Origin: an uncultured Planctomycetota bacterium
GTDB taxonomy: Bacteria; Planctomycetota; Planctomycetia; Isosphaerales; Isosphaeraceae
Assembly: GCA_963823665.1 (NCBI GenBank)
Contig: CAWGMQ010000004.1
Coordinates: forward strand, 1,056,001 to 1,120,000
DNA: 64,000 nt
Direction of reading: 5' to 3'
Under the pieces are notes generated by a model. The model was not told where the DNA came from. It did not search any database and saw only the letters and a program-made list of their open reading frames with translations. A program made the position numbers and the translations under genes. Below are positions 1 to 10,591 of the stretch, in pieces; position 1 is the stretch's first letter; every line of letters begins with the position of its first letter.

Positions 1-2758
1 TTGTGTTCTCAGCAGACAGCCGACTTTTTGCCGCGACGAGCGGGGCAGGTCGAGTCTCTGTCTGGGACACGGCGACCTGGCGAGAGGTTAGCCTGGTAGG
101 ACCACAATCGCGTCCTTTAGCTCTGAGCTTCGGCGCGGGAGCCACGACGCTCGTGGGCGCGTACGAAACGGGAGAGATCAACCGCTGGGACATTCCATCG
201 CGCGAGCGCGCCAAGCTCCCATCCGGCCGGCCGGCCGGCGTCGCGGTCATCTCGCCTGACGGGAAGACATTGGCCGCGGGCCGAGACTCGTACGACGACA
301 CGGCGGACGCCGTAACAGGTGTGCCAGGCGCATCAAAAGAGCTTGCGCCCCTTTTTCGGTGCGCGACCTGGCAACTGGCCGCGTGCTCGCCGAGGTCAAG
401 CGTGCCGGTTGGGGTGAAGACGCACAAGCTCTTGCTTTCTCACCCGACGGCCGGCGGATCGTCGCCGCCTTGTCGAGTGGCGCGGTGGCGGTCTGGGATG
501 CCGCGAACGGGGAAAAGGTGCTGAACGTTTCGATCGACCCGTTGACCGGTCGTGTGAGCTCGGTTGCGTTCGCGCCGGATGGGTCCACGATCATCACGGC
601 CGGCCCGCTCAGCTCGGTCTATCGATGGGACGCCGCAACTGGAGAACAGCGGAGAAGCCTGCAGGGGCATACCGCCGCGGTGACTGCCGTTGCGTTTGCC
701 CCGGACGGCGCCACTCTGGCCACAGCGGGATACGACTGGACGGCGCGGCTCTGGGACACCGCGACCGGCAGCCACCTTGCCACGCTCGCTTCGCACAACG
801 CTCCGATCCGGGCGGTCGCCTTTTCGCGCGACGGCCTGTCTCTGGCGACATGCGGCGACGACGACCGGGTTCTCTTGTGGGATACTTCAACCGGCCGCGG
901 CCGCGGCTCACTTCCCCCTGCGACCGGCGAGGCCAGGCCCAAAACCCTGGCCTTCTCCCCCGACGGCAAGACTCTGGTGACTGGCGCCGCCGATGGGATG
1001 GTGCGTCTGTGGAACTCGGCAACCCTACAGCCGCTCACGGGGTTCAAGGGGCGAAGCGCGATCAATGCCGTGGCATTCAACCCCGACGGCAGCACCCTGT
1101 TTGCTGCCGAACCTCAAGGCTCCGTGCACGCGTGGTCGATTCCCTCAGGTGAGCCGGTTGCCGGCCCAGCCTGGCCCAACACCACGCCCCAAGCGATGGT
1201 TCTCGACCCCTCGGGCCGATCGCTTGCCGTCGCACTTGCGGACGCAACTGTCCGACTCTGGGACGTCGCCGGCCGCGCGGAGATGCACACGCTTCGTGGC
1301 CACTCCGGTGCCGTCCTCGCTCTGGCGTTTTCGCCCGACGGGAAGAGCCTCGCGACTGCCGCCGCCGACCGCACAGTTCGGATCTGGGATGCTCTAGCGG
1401 GCCAGCTCCGCGGAACGCTGGAAGGCCATTCCGCTGCCGTGCTTGGTGTCGCATTCTCGCCCGACGGCCGCACTCTCGCTTCGGTCGGCGCCGATCGTGT
1501 TGTCAAGCTCTGGCGAGGCGTGCCAGGCCCGCAGCCGGCGATGTCGCTCGAGCACTCCGCGGGGGTAAACGCAGTCGCATACGCCCCCGACGGCCAAACC
1601 GTCGCCTCGGCCGGCTCCGACAAAGGCGTCATGCTCTGGGAGATCGCCCGGTTCAAGCCGCACGGCCCGGAGAACCCGCTCGCCCGGTCGCTCATGAACC
1701 CCTCCCACCGCCGGCACCGCGACCTACTCGCTGAGCGGACACGCGACTCCCGTCGCATCCTCGAAAAGCTCGAAGAGCCGATCTCGATGTCGTTCGTCGA
1801 AGAAACCCCGCTCGAGGACATTCTCAGGTACATCACGCAGGCGACTACAACCCCGACCTACAGCGGTATCCCGATCTATGTCGATCCAGCCGGGCTGGAG
1901 GAGGCTGAGAAGACAATGGCTTCGGCGGTACGCCAACTAGACATTGAAGACAGCCCGTTGAAAAGAACGCTGCAGTTGCTCCTCAGTCAGCTCGGTCTGA
2001 CATACCGCGTTGCCGACGGCCGGCTGACGATCACGTCCCAGAATCGGGGCGAGAAGATGTTCGGAGCGACCATCGAGGCTCCACGTCAAAGCGTCAACCT
2101 CGATAACCCGAGAGCTCGCAGAGTCATTAGCGTTCTAGAGCAACCAATCGAGATGAAGTTCGGATCAGGAGTTTCGCTTGAGGATCTTCTCAAGTACATC
2201 AAAACGGCGACGATAACCCCGACCTACAGGGGTATCCCGATCTACGTCGATCCAATCGGTCTGCAGGAGGCGCAGAAGACGATGAGGTCAGAGATCAAAT
2301 ACGACGCAGAAGGGGTGCCACTTCGTCAGTCGCTCTACGAGATACTCAAGCAGCTTCGCATGAGATACGTCGTTGGCGAGGAATTCGTCACGATCACTTC
2401 GGAGGAATCGGAACCGAATCGGAGAATACTTTCGGCCAGCAGCACAAACTGGATCCTCGATCAGCCAATCGAGTTGTCTTTCGTTGAACCGACAGCCCTC
2501 GGGGACGTCATCGAGGTCATCCGGGCCGCAACGAAAGGTCCAGACAGCGACGGGCTGGGCATTCTTTATTTTGGAGAGGTCGGCTCGCAAACCACCAAGG
2601 GCAGCTATGAATCAAAAGGCAAACCTTTGCGCGAGTCGCTCAAGGAGATACTCACGCCGCTGGGGTTGAAATACGTGGTTGAGGGCGCGAGCGTGCTGAT
2701 CGTTTCCGAGGAACAGGCAGGAGTGGTCGGCGCCCGTGGCAATTCGACGCCCAAGTAA
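1..2758 (+). CDS. WD40-repeat protein with three C-terminal secretin-N/STN-like domains (5' truncated by window; frameshift near 352-358)
   Basis: Many WD40 repeats (GH..AV.AVAFSPDG.TLA..D.TVRLWD) in ORF 3..524 continue into ORF 359..2758 across a T-run. C-terminus has three copies of 'LE.PI.M.F..ETPLED...I..AT..P...GIPIYVDP.GL.EA'. Confidence 0.85.
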
Positions 2759-2848
2759 TACGTAGGTACCGTGTGGGGGCCGCGAGACGGTTTGCGACAC
2801 ACTCCCAGCGAAGGAGCTGTTGACGCTCGGCCCGCTCAAGCAGACGAA

Positions 2849-3706
2849 TCAGCCTCGGCCGTTCGGCTCGGTCAAGACCGTGTAAAACCCCGGTCGCCGG
2901 TCGGCGATTCGGTTGATCTCGTGCCGCCCCGGCACGCGGACCAGCCGTTTCTTTCGAGCGAGTGCCGGGTCGATCTCGGCGAAGAGTGTCTCCTCGGAAT
3001 CGGGCCCGGCCTGGGCCAATCGGCGGCCCGTCGGGTCAACGATCGAGCTCAAACCGATGAACCGGAACCCGCTTTCTTCGCCGACGCGATTCACGGCCAT
3101 CACGTAGACGGTGTTTTCCATCGCGCGGGTGGGGATCATGTGCTCGGCCGCGCATTCGGAATGCGTGGGCCAGTTTGTGGGCAGCACCAGGAGATCGGCA
3201 CCCAGCAGCGACATGACGCGAGCAGGCTCGGGAAAGGCGCCGTCATAACAGATGTGCATACCCACCTTGATGCCGCCGGCGTCGTGAACGGCAAAGGGTG
3301 AGTCGCCGGGGTCGGCGAACATGTCGATCCCGAGATACGGCAGGTGAACCTTGCGGTAGGTGGCGACCACACCCTCCGGGCCCATCAGTATGCACGCGTT
3401 GAACAACCGGCTGCCGTCGCGTTCGAGCAGACCGAAAATGCAGTAACAATCGCGCTTCCGGCAGGCGGCTGCCACACGCGCCACGGGCGCGCTATCGAGG
3501 GTTACGGCATGTGCCATGCCTTCCTCGCGCGACGCGAAGCCGTAGCCGGCCAGGGCGCATTCCGGGAAGACGACAAGACGAGCGCCCTCGCGCGCGGCAT
3601 GCTCGATGCGATCGAGAATTCGCTCAAGATTGACTTCGATCCGCCCGAGCTTCGGCTCCATTTGAACCGCCGCCACGCGGACCCTGGCAGGGCGCTCGTC
3701 CTCCAA
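2849..3706 (-). CDS. carbon-nitrogen hydrolase (nitrilase superfamily)
   Basis: Catalytic E-K-C triad motifs: VFPEC, YRKVHL, HICYD. Confidence 0.92.
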   Translation of the reverse strand: MEDERPARVRVAAVQMEPKLGRIEVNLERILDRIEHAAREGARLVVFPECALAGYGFASREEGMAHAVTLDSAPVARVAAACRKRDCYCIFGLLERDGSRLFNACILMGPEGVVATYRKVHLPYLGIDMFADPGDSPFAVHDAGGIKVGMHICYDGAFPEPARVMSLLGADLLVLPTNWPTHSECAAEHMIPTRAMENTVYVMAVNRVGEESGFRFIGLSSIVDPTGRRLAQAGPDSEETLFAEIDPALARKKRLVRVPGRHEINRIADRRPGFYTVLTEPNGRG

Positions 3707-3723
3707 GATAGCACCTCGATCTT

Positions 3724-5202
3724 TCAGTCCAGCTTGATCGTGACGGTTTTGAGCTCGGTGTAGCGCTCGAGAGCGGCCTCGCCGTTCTCGCGGCCCTGAC
3801 CCGACATCTTGAAGCCGCCAAACGGGGTCGTCGTATCGACAACATGGTAGCAGTTCACCCAGACAGTGCCGGCCTTCACCTTCCTGGCGTAGAGGTGCGC
3901 CTTGTTGATGTCCTTGGTCCAGATGGCCGCCGCCAGTCCGTATTGGGTGCGATTGGAGCGATCAATGACTTCATCGACGCCCTTGAACGGAAGCACACTC
4001 ACGACCGGGCCGAAGATCTCGTCCTTGGCGATCGCCATGTCGTCCTTGACGTTGTCGAAAATCGTGGGCTGCACAAAGAAGCCCTTGGATCCGACGCGCT
4101 CGCCGCCGGTGAGGAGCGTTGCTCCTTGTTTTTCGCCGAGCCGGACGTAGTGCAGGATCTTGTCGAGCTGTTCCTCGGAGACCTGTGGGCCCTGCTGGGT
4201 CTTGGGATCGAGCGGGTCACCGACCTTGCGGCTCTTGGCCTTCTCGGCGAGGCGTTCGACAAACTCGTCGTGGATTTTGTTCTCGACGAAGAGCCGGCTG
4301 CCGGCCGTGCAGCACTGGCCGCCGTGGAAGTAGATCGCGTGGAACGCGCCCTCGACTGCGGCGTTCAGATCCGCGTCGGCGAACACGACGTTGGGGCTCT
4401 TGCCGCCCAGCTCAAAGCTTGTTCGCTTGAGTGTGTCGGCGGCGGCTTTCTGGATGATCTTGGCCGTATCCACGTGCCCGGTAAATGCGATCTTGTCGAC
4501 GTCGGGGTGGGTGACGATGGCGGCGCCGGTTGTTTCACCCATGCCGTTGACGATGTTGAGCACGCCGGGCGGGAAGCCTGCTTCGCGGGCCAGCTCGGCC
4601 ATGCAGAGGGCCGTCAGCGGAGTTTGCTCGGCCGGCTTCATGACGACCGTGTTGCCGCAAGCCACGGCCGGGCCCCACTTCCACGCGAGCATCAAGAGCG
4701 GGAAGTTCCAGGGGATGATCTGGCCGACGACGCCGACCGGCTGGCGCAGGGTATAAGAAAGGAAGTTGCCGCGAACCGGCACGGTGCGGCCCTCGACCTT
4801 GTCGGCCCAGCCGGCGTAGTAGCGCAGGGTGTTGGCGACGCCGACCATGTCGCCCTTCGAGTCGTTGATTGTTTTGCCGCAGTTGAGGGACTCAAGCGCC
4901 GCCAGCTCTTCGGCCTTCTGATCGACGAGATCGGCGAGCTTGAAAAGCAGCCGGCCGCGGTCGGCGGCGTCCATGGTGCTCCAGGGACCGGATTCCAGGG
5001 CCTTCCGCGCGGCCTTCACGGCTTTGTCGACGTCGGCTTTCTCGGCCGCGGCAACCTTCGCCAGCACCTCGCCTGTGGCGGGATTGATCGTCTCGAAGTC
5101 ACCACCGTCGACCGGGTCAACCCACTTGTTGTCTATGAAGAGCTTCGTGAAAGGAATCTTGGTCTTGGGCTTGCTCGGAGCGGCCGCAGTTTTGGTGGGC
5201 AT
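3724..5202 (-). CDS. NAD-dependent aldehyde dehydrogenase
   Basis: IIPWNFP, KPAEQTP, FTG, ELGGKSP, GQCC, EIFGP and PFGGFKMSG motifs. Confidence 0.96.
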   Translation of the reverse strand: MPTKTAAAPSKPKTKIPFTKLFIDNKWVDPVDGGDFETINPATGEVLAKVAAAEKADVDKAVKAARKALESGPWSTMDAADRGRLLFKLADLVDQKAEELAALESLNCGKTINDSKGDMVGVANTLRYYAGWADKVEGRTVPVRGNFLSYTLRQPVGVVGQIIPWNFPLLMLAWKWGPAVACGNTVVMKPAEQTPLTALCMAELAREAGFPPGVLNIVNGMGETTGAAIVTHPDVDKIAFTGHVDTAKIIQKAAADTLKRTSFELGGKSPNVVFADADLNAAVEGAFHAIYFHGGQCCTAGSRLFVENKIHDEFVERLAEKAKSRKVGDPLDPKTQQGPQVSEEQLDKILHYVRLGEKQGATLLTGGERVGSKGFFVQPTIFDNVKDDMAIAKDEIFGPVVSVLPFKGVDEVIDRSNRTQYGLAAAIWTKDINKAHLYARKVKAGTVWVNCYHVVDTTTPFGGFKMSGQGRENGEAALERYTELKTVTIKLD

Positions 5203-5359
5203 GATCGTTCCTCATCATGGTTTCGGAGAGGTTACGCGATTGAAAACGATCGTCGTCCGCGAGCGGGCGGATGTCAAGTGGCTGGCAGCAAGGCCGGTCT
5301 GCGTGCGCAAACCTTCCTCGCCAGCATGCTCAACTGCCTGGAACTTGACCGTTAGCACT

Positions 5360-5440
5360 ATCGTCCGCATCATCGATGCGCAGCCGCGGCAAATCCTTGA
5401 GGTGATCGAGGCCCTCGTCGGTGATCTTCTTCTCGGTCAA
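5360..5440 (-). pseudogene. C-terminal fragment of an LRR protein
   Basis: Minus strand reads LTEKKITDEGLDHLKDLPRLR, matching LDRTLVSDEGLEHLKELPRLS of 7760..8620. No start codon of its own context. Confidence 0.6.
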
Positions 5441-6186
5441 TGAAGCACGCGGCCCGAGAGCCAGAACGATCCGTGCAAGAGCCCACCTGGAATGGGCTGC
5501 ACCTCGACCAGTTCGGGGTCAGCGACGACGTCGAACTGGCCGCCCAAGGTGTCGACGAGTATCCATTGGAACGGCCTGTTCGACAATTCGTTCGTCCTCA
5601 TCTCCACGTCAAGAATGTGGCCCGTGAAGATTCCATGTGCTTCGGGCGGATTCACGGCATCAACGTCAGGTCCGAACAAGCCAGACGGTATGAACGAACG
5701 CGACGCGAACTTGCAGTCTTCCGGCTGTGAGGCCAGATACTCCGCTTCGGAGCGGAATACCGACAGCTCGTGAGCAAACGCGACAATCTGAGCCTCCGCA
5801 ATGCTGGGCAACTGAAGGCCGCTGTGGCATTGAAAATCCGGCGCGTCGAATACAAAGGGATAGATGCCGCTTGCGGGCTCGTCGCCGTGTGGATCGGCCC
5901 ACGCGTTGAAGGCACCGTCGAACTGACTTCCGCCCGGACGTTCGATGCGATAGGTCAGTCCGACGCGGAGGCGCGACTCCCCGAAAAAATGAGGATTCAA
6001 GCCGACTAAATCATTTTCCTCGTCAACCTGGAGCCACAACTGCGCACCGCTTGACGACGTCCAGCAGAGATAATAGCCGCCCGGCACCTCGATTGCCTCG
6101 GATTCCGCGGCAACCTCGTTCGCCAGGGCAAGGAACTCCTCTTTAGATCTCAATGCGAATCCGATGCTCGACAAGTGGCTGGGCAT
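5437..6186 (-). CDS. hypothetical protein (249 aa, soluble, acidic)
   Basis: Clean ORF with globular composition; no recognised motif. Confidence 0.75.
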   Translation of the reverse strand: MPSHLSSIGFALRSKEEFLALANEVAAESEAIEVPGGYYLCWTSSSGAQLWLQVDEENDLVGLNPHFFGESRLRVGLTYRIERPGGSQFDGAFNAWADPHGDEPASGIYPFVFDAPDFQCHSGLQLPSIAEAQIVAFAHELSVFRSEAEYLASQPEDCKFASRSFIPSGLFGPDVDAVNPPEAHGIFTGHILDVEMRTNELSNRPFQWILVDTLGGQFDVVADPELVEVQPIPGGLLHGSFWLSGRVLH

Positions 6187-6309
6187 AAAAGTGGTCCGTA
6201 AGGATCTTGCGCATGGTGCCCACCTGGCAAACGAGTTGCCACGATCGTACCGTGCTGTGAAAAGGAATGTGAACGGATCATTCTCGGTTCTACTTGGACG
6301 GACTGGACG

Positions 6310-7714
6310 ATGATGAGTGGCACTTCGACCATCGTGTGGTGGCGGAATCGGCGTTTGGTGACGATTTGCTCGGTGATCGGGGGATTGATCGCTGTGTGGC
6401 TGGCCTATGACTTCTGGACCAGGCGATCCACCGAACAGCTTTACCGTGACGCAGTGGCGGCAGCCGGCCGACTCGACCCCAATTGGAGAGCAGGAATCCT
6501 TGGGGAGGCGCCCGCGGAAATACCGGACGACGAGAATTCGGCTCTCTTGGTGTTATCGTCGTACGAGAAGATCCCGGGCGGCTGGCAAGCGCTCAAGGGT
6601 AAGTGGCCGCCGCTCCCGCTTAAACTGCGGCAGCCACTGGCGCCCGACTTGCTGATCGCGCTCAAGAAATCGCGCGAGGAGGCCAAGGCTGGCCTCGCCG
6701 ATGCGCAGTGCGCTCGTGAATCGGCCGCGCGGCAAGTTTCCAGACTGGCGGGTCGAAATGCCGTGGGGGGTGCCGTTGTCGCGCCGAAAGGTCGAGACGG
6801 TGTCAGAGTTGCTCTATGTGGATGCACTCGTCCGCATCGACGAGAGTGATCTCGCGGGGGCGGCCGACGAGATCAAAGCCATCGTGAACGCCGGCCGCGC
6901 GCTCGGGAATGAACCGATGCTGGCGGTGCAGGCCGGGCGGGTGACCGCGGTCGTGACGGCCGTGGCGACGCTCGAACGGCTGCTGGCTCGCGGCGAGCTG
7001 CCGGCGGCTGTCCTCGTCGACTTGCAGAAGCTGTTCGAGGACGAGGCAAGGCACCCCGTGGCCCTGGTCTCGCTGCAAGGCAACCGGGCCGCGGCCGAAA
7101 AGCTCTTCGAAGACGTGCGCACTGGCCGCGCCGGCGTCCCAGCACTGTTTGAATCTCCGTCGCGCGGCTTCCCAGCGATCATTTATACGTGGCGCAGCAT
7201 CCGTGAGAATCAGACCCTTCACCTCACCCACGCAACGCGGATGGTCGAACTCGCCAAGCGGCCCGCTCCCGAACAAGGGCCCGCACTGGAGCAGTACGCT
7301 GACGGCGTTTCCGAACAGAACCTGGGCCTGATCAATCGGATCTACTTGGCTCCGTTTCACGAGAATTTCCGGTTGTCGCTGAACGTCGGCGGCTGGCAAT
7401 CGCGACACCATACCGCCGTGAATCTGGCCGTGCTGGCCCTCGCAAGCGAGCGGTTTCGGCTCGATCACGGGCGCTGGCCCAAATCGGCTGCCGATCTGCT
7501 GCCGGCTTACCTCGAGGCGGTCCCTTACGATCCGTACACCGGCGGGTCGCTCCACTGGAAGCCACTGGGAAAGCGGCTTCTGATTTATTCGGGCAGCGGG
7601 GATCGCGTCGACGGCATGGCTGAGGTGTATACTGCGCGAGGTGTTGGCAAGGATTTCGGATTCGTGCTGGAGCCTCAAGAGGGTCGGCGTGCGGAAGCAG
7701 AATCGGCGCCTTGA
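6310..7714 (+). CDS. membrane-anchored hypothetical protein, Planctomycete type (frameshift near 6705)
   Basis: N-terminal TM in ORF 6310..6849 continues into ORF 6701..7714. C-terminal 'ALASERFRLDHGRWP...LLPAYL..VP.DPYTG..L' pseudopilin-C-like motif. Confidence 0.7.
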
Positions 7715-7759
7715 AGTGGGCTACGTGCCGTCGAGAGGTCTTGACCCCTGGCCAGCCTA

Positions 7760-8620
7760 TCAGCGTGAGGGATAGATGGCGAGCTCGGGCAATCTGCTCT
7801 TAATCCTCCGGACGCCCGAGGACGTCACCCGTGTCTGCTGCGCGGTCACGTACGAAAGCCGTGGCAATTCTTTGAGATGCTCGAGGCCTTCGTCGCTGAC
7901 GAGGGTGCGGTCGAGGTAAAGCATCCGTAGTTGCGGCAGATCTCTCAGATTTTTCAAACCGGCATCGCCGATGGTCGTGTCGGAAAGCCGGAGCGTCTCG
8001 AGCGCGGTCAAACGACTGATGCTCCGTGCGCCAGCGTCTGTCACGAGCGTGCCTTCGAGTTCAAGGTTCTTCAGCCGAGTCAGACGCTCCACGTAGACCA
8101 GCCCGCCGTCGGTCACGGCTGTGTTTGCCAGGCCGAGAATCGAAAGATTGCTCAATCCCGAGATGTGGCGCAGCCCTTCGTCGGTGATATCGGTCCCTGA
8201 CAGATCGAGCGACCTGAGGTTCTGCAGCCCGTGCAGGTGAACCAGCCCCGAATCCGTCACGTCTGATCCGCCGAGAAGAAGGTACTCGAGCCCGGACAGA
8301 TCGCCGACGTAGGCCAGGACAGGATCGGTGGCGTTCCCACAAAACGAAACGTTGACAACGTGGTCGAGATAGTCGATCCCCATAAAATCGACCAGCCATC
8401 TCGGGCCCGGCTTTTGCCCCAAGACCGTTCCCTCATAGTCATAGCCCACGACCCCACCTGCCCGGAGGATCCCAGCCACGGCTTCACGCTGGATGCGCGC
8501 GCCCCGAACAATCAATCCCAGCCAGGCGCCCAGGATCAGTACGACGACCATCAATCCGCGCACACCGAAATGCAGATAGCTCCACCATGGTCTCGCACTC
8601 GACTTGCCTGACGTGCGCAT
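7760..8620 (-). CDS. membrane-anchored leucine-rich repeat protein
   Basis: 24-aa LRRs (L..L.L.GT.VTD.GL.HL) after an N-terminal TM segment. Confidence 0.9.
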   Translation of the reverse strand: MRTSGKSSARPWWSYLHFGVRGLMVVVLILGAWLGLIVRGARIQREAVAGILRAGGVVGYDYEGTVLGQKPGPRWLVDFMGIDYLDHVVNVSFCGNATDPVLAYVGDLSGLEYLLLGGSDVTDSGLVHLHGLQNLRSLDLSGTDITDEGLRHISGLSNLSILGLANTAVTDGGLVYVERLTRLKNLELEGTLVTDAGARSISRLTALETLRLSDTTIGDAGLKNLRDLPQLRMLYLDRTLVSDEGLEHLKELPRLSYVTAQQTRVTSSGVRRIKSRLPELAIYPSR

Positions 8621-8632
8621 TGCACCACCGAT

Positions 8633-9532
8633 TTAACGATTGATCTCGTCCCTTCCCGCGAGCTCAACCACTAGCAGGCCGTTATCGCCTCCCAAGAATG
8701 CTTCACTTTTCTTCGGTGCTCGAAAGCGAATGAATTCTTCATCACCGACCTGCATCGTGTGCCCCGGGGCGAGTTGTGCGTGCGAATCGGCCATGTAACG
8801 GAGGATGCTCTCAAACATATCGAAATACCGCTGACCCTCATGGTGTCCATCAGCATGAGCCGCGAAATCGGTCAATCCGAGGAGCGGCGCCCCGTAAGTT
8901 CGCATCCAGACGCCGTCGACTGCCGCAACATCATATTTCACGAACCCACAAAAGAGCATCAACAGGGGGAATTCCCGAAGCTGCTCCATGATATCACCCT
9001 CAGGCTCCCCTCCCGAGAGGGCTTCCGCGGGAAACGATGTCCGGGCCGATTCATTCAACATGGCAATCGCGCCAAACTGCGATAGGACACCGCCTATCGC
9101 CGCCATCGCCAGATACTGCTCATAAGGCGAGCTGTCGTTGCCCGCGTAATACAGAAGCAAGTGGCTGGCGTGCTGGCGAATCTGTGCTTTCAATTCCTGG
9201 CCGTAGTGCGAAGGCGCCAAACATCGTTCCACTGCATCAGCAGGCATCGGCCCGTCAAAGCCGACAAGCTGCACGACGTGCTTCCCCCAGCCAGCCAGTC
9301 CGAACACCGTTCCGCGCTCGAGAAGCCCGGGATCGATCTCGAACCGAGCCCGCTTCATCGAGATGTGATAAGACTGCATTGCCTCGGTCAAGCGCCCCGC
9401 GTCCGGGGTGAACTTCTCTTTGAAAAGCACTTGCAAACCGAGCCGGTTTTGCGTCTTGCGGTTCGCGACGAGGTCACCACCGCGATCGTCCGCCTGAGGT
9501 TCTTTGCCGAAGAATCGCGTCAGGATCCCCAT
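8633..9532 (-). CDS. DUF4261-like domain protein
   Basis: C-terminal WMRTYG...GL.DF...RY.......APGHT pattern; likely start MGILTRFFGK. Confidence 0.65.
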   Translation of the reverse strand: MGILTRFFGKEPQADDRGGDLVANRKTQNRLGLQVLFKEKFTPDAGRLTEAMQSYHISMKRARFEIDPGLLERGTVFGLAGWGKHVVQLVGFDGPMPADAVERCLAPSHYGQELKAQIRQHASHLLLYYAGNDSSPYEQYLAMAAIGGVLSQFGAIAMLNESARTSFPAEALSGGEPEGDIMEQLREFPLLMLFCGFVKYDVAAVDGVWMRTYGAPLLGLTDFAAHADGHHEGQRYFDMFESILRYMADSHAQLAPGHTMQVGDEEFIRFRAPKKSEAFLGGDNGLLVVELAGRDEINR

Positions 9533-9567
9533 TCTCTCACCGATTAAGTCCGCCTTGCCCGGGCTGG

Positions 9568-9685
9568 ACGGCCGGACCACAATGGTCCTCCTATCACCTG
9601 TGATTCTTGTCAGCACGGTCCCATTTCCTCAAGGCGAAACCAGATGAACCGGCAAGTCATTCGAGTGGTTCTTCTTGCGGCGATC
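9568..9685 (+). repeat. diverged direct repeat copy A (copy B 10517..10633): upstream region plus first codons of the sialidase gene
   Basis: About 118 bp, about 21 differences by manual alignment; MNRQVIRVVLLAAI vs MHRQLIRAVVLATI. Confidence 0.85.
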
Positions 9686-9750
9686 ATGCGACCAGCATGA
9701 TCGGCACGCAGTTGGTGATCATGATGATGGGTCCGGGAGACTAAAACGGT

Positions 9751-10000
9751 ATGCCTTGGTATGATATCACTTGGAACATTTGAGCCTGGCGGCAATGTCG
9801 AGCACATCGCCGAACATGGCTTAAGCCCGGAGGATGTCGAAGCGGTAATATGCGATCCTTTGGACACGACGGTTAGCCGGAGTTCTGGCCGGCCCGTTGT
9901 TACGGGCTACACCCCAGAAGGTCGACTCATTCTCGTCGTGTACGAACAAGTTGATGACGTTTCGGTCTACCCCGTGAGCGCTTACGAACTAGACGATTGA
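9751..10000 (+). CDS. BrnT/RelE-fold type II toxin-like protein (frameshift near 9779)
   Basis: MPWYDITWN/EPGGNVEHIAEHGL..EDVE.V....R..VTGYT..GRLILVVY.....YPVSAY; GGGAGA RBS at ~9735. Confidence 0.65.
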
Positions 10001-10023
10001 AATTCTGTTACGTGGACAATTCG

Positions 10024-10320
10024 ATGACCCACCAAATTCGCAATCGCATCATTCGCGACGCCACGACCGAGGAGAAAGAGCGGCACGGCATGATACGGGC
10101 GGAAATCGATCAAGAACTTCCATCCCTGAAAGAATGGGCTCGAGCGACGGCGACCCGGCACCGTGATCGAATCCCGGTTGGAACTGTGTTCTCGGCTGGC
10201 GAGACGGAAGTGGTTCAAGCGATTGACAGCTACGCTGCATCGCACTCCCTGGCCGGTCGAAGCGCAGTCGTGCGCGAGGCTTTGTCCAAACTCTTGGGCG
10301 TTGAGATCGCGCCGCAGTGA
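10024..10320 (+). CDS. putative antitoxin with C-terminal ribbon-helix-helix
   Basis: Directly downstream of the toxin-like gene; C-terminal 'IDSYAASHSLAGRSAVVREAL' is RHH-like. Confidence 0.6.
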   Translation: MTHQIRNRIIRDATTEEKERHGMIRAEIDQELPSLKEWARATATRHRDRIPVGTVFSAGETEVVQAIDSYAASHSLAGRSAVVREALSKLLGVEIAPQ

Positions 10321-10321
10321 G

Positions 10322-10510
10322 CGATACGCCAGGAGCTGAGCGCTGGCGTTCCCACGAAACCAAAACTGGAAAACGTGGTCGAGACAGTCGATGCCGATGC
10401 AATCCACCAGCCATCACGGCCCCTTCATTCGGCCGGAGGCCGTGCGCTCATAGTCATAGGTCACGACACCGCCCGCCCGGCGGATCGCAGCTACGCCTTC
10501 GCGCTGCTGC
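10322..10510 (-). pseudogene. N-terminal remnant of an LRR protein paralogous to 7760..8620
   Basis: QREGVAAIRRAGGVVTYDYE...GP*WLVDCIGIDCLDHV vs QREAVAGILRAGGVVGYDYE...GPRWLVDFMGIDYLDHV; internal TGA. Confidence 0.8.
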
Positions 10511-10591
10511 CTCAAAACGGCCACACCACAAAGGTCCTCGCGACACCTGTGATTCTTGCCAGCCCGGTCCATTTTCCTCAGGCGGCACCCG

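Noticed and set aside
3844..5355. 503-aa plus-strand ORF (likewise 12528..13736, 15424..16536, 17491..19020, 25101..27200, 40617..41999, 60929..61936)
   Set aside because: Antisense shadows of clearly identified genes, expected in GC-rich DNA; no motifs
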